DNA from: Amoebophrya sp. A120
Lineage: Eukaryota > Protista > Dinoflagellata
Assembly: GCA_905178155.1 (NCBI GenBank)
Contig: CAJINV010000007.1
Span: forward strand, 3,552,265-3,616,264
Length of the DNA stretch: 64,000 bases
Reading direction: 5' to 3'
Shown here: positions 59,861 to 64,000 of the stretch, piece by piece
How positions within the stretch are numbered: position 1 is the stretch's first letter
How the letters are laid out: each line of letters opens with the position of its first letter
Made by a program: the position numbers and the translations under genes
Notes under the pieces: generated by a model
Told to the model about the DNA's origin: nothing
The model's input: the letters and a program-made list of their open reading frames with translations, nothing else
Database searches by the model: none

Positions 59861-61549
59861 GTGAAATAACTGTGGTACTCGGTAACTATGGTATGGTCAT
59901 CGGTCGTCTGCTCTTCTTAGTTTCCATTTTGTTGTTGAAACCCAATTTGGTGAAAATTACTCATAGCGTAGCCGTCGACTGTTTGAGACAAAGGAAAATG
60001 CGGCATTTTCCTTTGTCTCAAAAGAAGGCATTGCCTTCGTTGATTCTATATCTATCCTCACAACGAACACAACCAAACCGCGCGCATTTCCTTCGCCGTC
60101 GGTCGTTCGTGTGTGCTAATGCGAGTGCTGTGCAATGTTGCTTTTCATATCTACCAAGTGCTCAAGCTGGCGTTAAGTTGCCAAGGTTGTAGGTACAATC
60201 GACGCAAGAATTTTTATTTTTGTTGGAAGAGCTCCATCGATCGCGATCGTGTGGTCGGGGGACTCTTCATGGACGAGGTGTTAGAGTTTCAAGCAGCTAC
60301 AATCTAATCTCTCAGTCTCACACGACTTTCATGAAGAACTGATCGATGAAAATGCAAACACAAGAAAATCAAAGCTTTTGTCGTAGCCCCGCAAGAGCAA
60401 ACAGAGCGCATCACAACTGGAGGGGTTGAAACGTTTTGTTGTGCTGAAAGAAAAGAAAAATTTACATTTGCAAGATTTTAAACTTTTTCAGTGGCTCCTA
60501 GGGTGGCCAGCTTATCACGTGTAAGATAAATGTTTATGATGATCTGAAAAGCTGCAAAGGGGACTTGCTTCTACAAGTACAGCCCAGCAAAAAAACGAAG
60601 CACCAGCGCGATGTAGAGGCTAGAAGATGAAATGCCTTCTCAGGATCACCTTGCGTGAGTTCTCGTCCTCTTGTGCAACAAAACGAAAACACCGAACAAC
60701 TCGCCCCATTTTGACGCCCCAAAGCTGCAGCTTTCACGCGCTATTGGAGGAGGGGACCACATTTATGATCGCCACAGCGTCGCCGTTCTTGCGATGTACT
60801 ATTAATTTGAGCGCCAAGTACCTGACGAGCCGTGAATGATTATTTTGATCATCAACAATTATATTCATGAGACGATGTGCAAGGCACGCTTGAGATTGCA
60901 CTTGCATCACCACAAAACGTCGGAAGGCTCGATGGCAATGTCCCACCCGACGTCGGTCACATGAACGCGCCACGACTATTTCCAAGAGCCACACTACTCG
61001 ATCTTCTATGCCCAGAGCTGCGCACGAGAGACGAGCACTACGTATCGCCTGACAAGATTGGAAAATTGGAGGCGCAAAGCACATGGTCAAGAAAACCTGG
61101 CACCATAGATGTTGTTGTTGAGCGTTTGACACTAATCATGTTTTCACGTTTCATCAAATCGAAATCCTATTGGTTTTCGCCCTAAGTCTTTTCGTTATAA
61201 TTTCGCACAGCGATTATGTGCCTTACAGAAAGTCGTGTAGCTTCGTGAAAGTATTTTGATTTTTTTTCGTAGAGTTCCGGTACAACTGCCACACTTAGAG
61301 ATAGAAGTTTTTTGATTGAAAAATAAGTACCTCCCACGACGCATCATCCTCTGTGTAGCCCCTCGAGGCCACGGACCGGAGATGATGCGCCGTCGTGAGG
61401 ACAGCTGCTGTGGCGCAAGGACCATCTAGGTGAACACTCGCGTCGCAGCCGTCTAAGCGAACGCAGCAAGAACTTGCACTCATTCATCGCGAGGACTACG
61501 AGGCCGCACTAGCGTGGCGACTTCTACTTCGTTTTCACACGACAAAAAA

Positions 61550-64000
61550 ATGTCGAGCGCCCACTTCGCGAAGCTACGCAAGCTCGATACCGCGGCCGAC
61601 GACTTTGTGAAGCGTTATGGTGACGAAGACACCGAGCCGGCGGACGCCGCCCCGTTGCGGAAGTTGCTCGCGGCCTTGGCGGATGTGAAGAGCCTGTCGT
61701 GGAAACAGGGCGTGGTGATCGACCATGCTGCCGCAAAGGAGCTGGCCCGGCTCGAGGAAGAAGCCAAGGCAGCGGAGGCGGGGGGAGGGACAGCCACAGC
61801 TACCAAAGGCACTAAGATGGGCAAGAAAAAATCCTCGCTCGACAATCTCTCCGAGCCCCCCGCGGCGAAAAAGCGAAAAGTGAAGGAAGAAGTGAAGGAG
61901 GAACCCGAGGACGACCACGACAAAGACAACCAGGATGGAGAACAAAATGCTGATAACGCAGCAAGTAATTTCCTGCAGAAATTCGCCGTCGGCAAGGGCC
62001 AGCCGACCGAGGTGGAGTCGGAAGAGACGAAAAAGCTAAGGGAGATCAGCAACAAACTTTTGCCGGTGCTGCAGAAGTGCATAAAATGGGGCGCGGACGA
62101 AAAGACAGCAAACGCATCCAAGAGCAAAACCATGGAACGCGAAACGGTCGAGTGCTACGGGTACAGCCCAGTTTTAATGGCTAGCGAGGACTAATTCATC
62201 ATGTTCGCTGACGCAGTCAACATCGCTTTTTTATACAGAACTTTTTTATAACACTTTGGATATGATCGCAGTAGGAGCTTGTTGCACAGCACTACTTTGA
62301 AGTTGTTTATGAAACACTGCATCGATAATTCCGACGACGAAATGCACCGTTGTACTACACCTACTTCAAAACAGCGTCGTCCCACTGAAGGCCATGGTCG
62401 CTTACCTGGAGCTGCTGACCATCAAGTACATCCCGACAACCCTTCCCGTCGAGGAAATCCACGTGGATTTGATCACTTCGCTCAAGCAGATTTTCCGCGA
62501 GCTGGTCCAGTCCTGTTTTGACTACCTGAACAACACACAGGCGAATATCACCTGAAAATTAACCATCCCCATCCAATTTGTCGTGCAAAACACGTAGCAA
62601 GTTCTGTGTTTGTCATGCAAAAAGTGGATGGGGATGGTTAATTTTCAGGGAATAGGGAAGTGGGGCATCGAATTCGACCCGATCGTAAAGGAGGAACTGC
62701 ACAACTTCGGCTGCGAAGTGTTGATCAAACTCCACGAGTACGTGGAGAGGAGGATGAACGCCATCCCCGGCCATTTGTTGGATCAGTTGATCGTGCTTTC
62801 CGTGGGCGTTTTCTACTACAACGCGACCACAAACCGGCTCTGCGACGCCGCCGAGAAGTTAGCGATCAGTTTCTACGCGAAACCGGCGACAGCGGAGAAC
62901 ACGTCGAACGTGCGGAAGTCGATTTTCCAGGAGATTTTTGTCAACTTGAACAAAATCCCGCACAAGAAGATGAAAAGGAAGGAATTTTTGTCGCAGTCGG
63001 AGAATTTAACCGTTTGGACCAGGTTCTTTCTCCGGTTGCTCCAATCCGGCTGCAACCCCTACGATTTCCAGATGGATTTGGCGTCCACCGATGATATTGA
63101 CCAGATGGTCAAGACGAACAGCACTATGGTGACGGACGAATATCTGAAGAAAATGTACGAAGAGACGAACGCCCGCGTCGTCACGTTCGCGTGGCAGTTT
63201 GTCCGCACGGTGCTGAAGCCGTCCACGAAGTCAAGGGCCTTGCCCGACGAGGCGAAGGAATTGCTGGAGAATAGTTTGACGGAACTGATGTACGCCACGT
63301 ACGAGCTGCCGCAGTACCCGGTCGCGGTGCTACTGTTGGAAAAATTCACCAGGATTTTCCAAAACTTCGCCGTCTCCTCTGGGGAAAAAGTGGACGCGTC
63401 AACGAGGGATGTCAGTTGCAAGATGCTCGCCTTAATCCAGGCCCGGTGGCACAAGGAAGTGCAGCTCGGCGCCGCGGACGACTGGGAGGACCCGTACACC
63501 ATGAATATGAAGTCCCGGCAGGTGGCGCCCGATCGGGACGAGGCGTTGGACGAGTTGTTCAATGATGATATCGCAGTAGGAGATGACGGGAAGAAAACCG
63601 ACCCAGAGGACGCAATTATGTTGAATAACGAGCAAGATTTAGCCGCACTAGGTGCGGCGTTGGCGGGGAGTAAATTGCCGGCTGTAGAGCAAGCAGCTCC
63701 AGCCGCTGATGCAGCTATGGACATCGACTTTGATAATGGAGCGGCCCCCGCGAATCCGAACGAAGCCGGAGAACAGATAAAAGACGAGCCGAAGCTATGG
63801 ATGCGTCAGGTTTGAAATCGTCAAAGTTGAAATAGTTTGTCATGCATAAAACGGATACCAGTTTGTTAGACCTACAGTCTGTAGTCGGTGCGTGACAAAT
63901 TTTCCCGGTCCTGGAAGCGAGTCTGTCATGCGGTTTAGGGCAAAAGGGCTGCCTTCTGTCATGCTAGTTAGCAGTCCAACTTTTGACCCTTACCAGGACT
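61550..64000 (+). CDS. SCC2: Cohesin loader Scc2/Nipped-B-like protein, 3' partial
   Basis: Motifs RKSIFQEIFVNLNKIP, LLENSLTELMYATYELPQYPVAVLLL and RDVSCKMLALIQAR resemble NIPBL HEAT-region blocks (EEIFTSLARLP, LFENFVQDLL..PEWPAAELLL, RVASLDYLGTVAARL). Introns 62161-62374 (GT-AG), 62546-62654 and 63810-63996. Confidence 0.78.
62546..62654. mobile_element. TIR introner, family E (109 bp)
   Basis: CCTGAAAATTAACCATCCCCATCCA ... TGGATGGGGATGGTTAATTTTCAGG; TSD GCGAA/GGGAA; contains an in-frame TGA, so it must be spliced out. Confidence 0.9.
63811..63992. mobile_element. Degenerate introner whose TSD provides GT-AG ends
   Basis: Residual IR GTCAAAGTTG / CAACTTTTGAC, several TGTCATGC motifs, TSD TCAGG/CCAGG. 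Confidence 0.6.

Noticed and set aside
60877-61185. 102-aa ORF upstream of Scc2
   Set aside because: Non-ATG start, no motif and no supportable splice link.
538-62654. Elements as ciliate-type TA-bounded IESs removed from DNA
   Set aside because: Paramecium IES excision leaves one TA. Here the frame is restored only when both TAs and one 5-bp repeat are removed, and the standard genetic code fits. DNA-level excision is not formally excluded without reads.
44894-63724. Long minus-strand ORFs (e.g. 44894-45724, 63059-63724)
   Set aside because: Antisense shadows of GC-rich + strand genes with no recognisable motifs.

Overview
Eukaryotic, intron-rich protist DNA. All supportable genes (about 13) lie on the + strand. 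The architecture (co-oriented genes, very divergent low-complexity proteins, introns made of inverted-repeat elements with short direct repeats) matches what is published for the parasitic dinoflagellate Amoebophrya (Syndiniales); this assignment is an inference. Recognisable genes: an EDR2-C/DUF1336 protein (5' partial), a NELF-B/COBRA1-like protein, the condensin II kleisin CAP-H2, a permuted papain-like (LRAT/PPPDE-type) protein, a HINT3-like HIT hydrolase, a degenerate P-loop protein and the cohesin loader Scc2/NIPBL (3' partial). There are also several large secreted or membrane proteins of unknown function. The dominant signal is about 40 small (109-410 bp) non-coding elements inserted in coding sequence. 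Most begin TA(T) and end (A)TA, have terminal inverted repeats (TIRs; at least 5 families) and a 5-bp target-site duplication (TSD). Removing the element plus one TSD copy restores the reading frame and conserved motifs, usually with no GT-AG or AT-AC boundary available, and two families occur in both orientations. These are transposon-derived non-canonical introns (introners). Also present: a TAA-flanked nested-palindrome MITE, a three-copy LTR-end-like repeat, and two single-N assembly joins (34443, 42111). Protein identities come from motif recall, not database searches. Exact splice points need RNA-seq.
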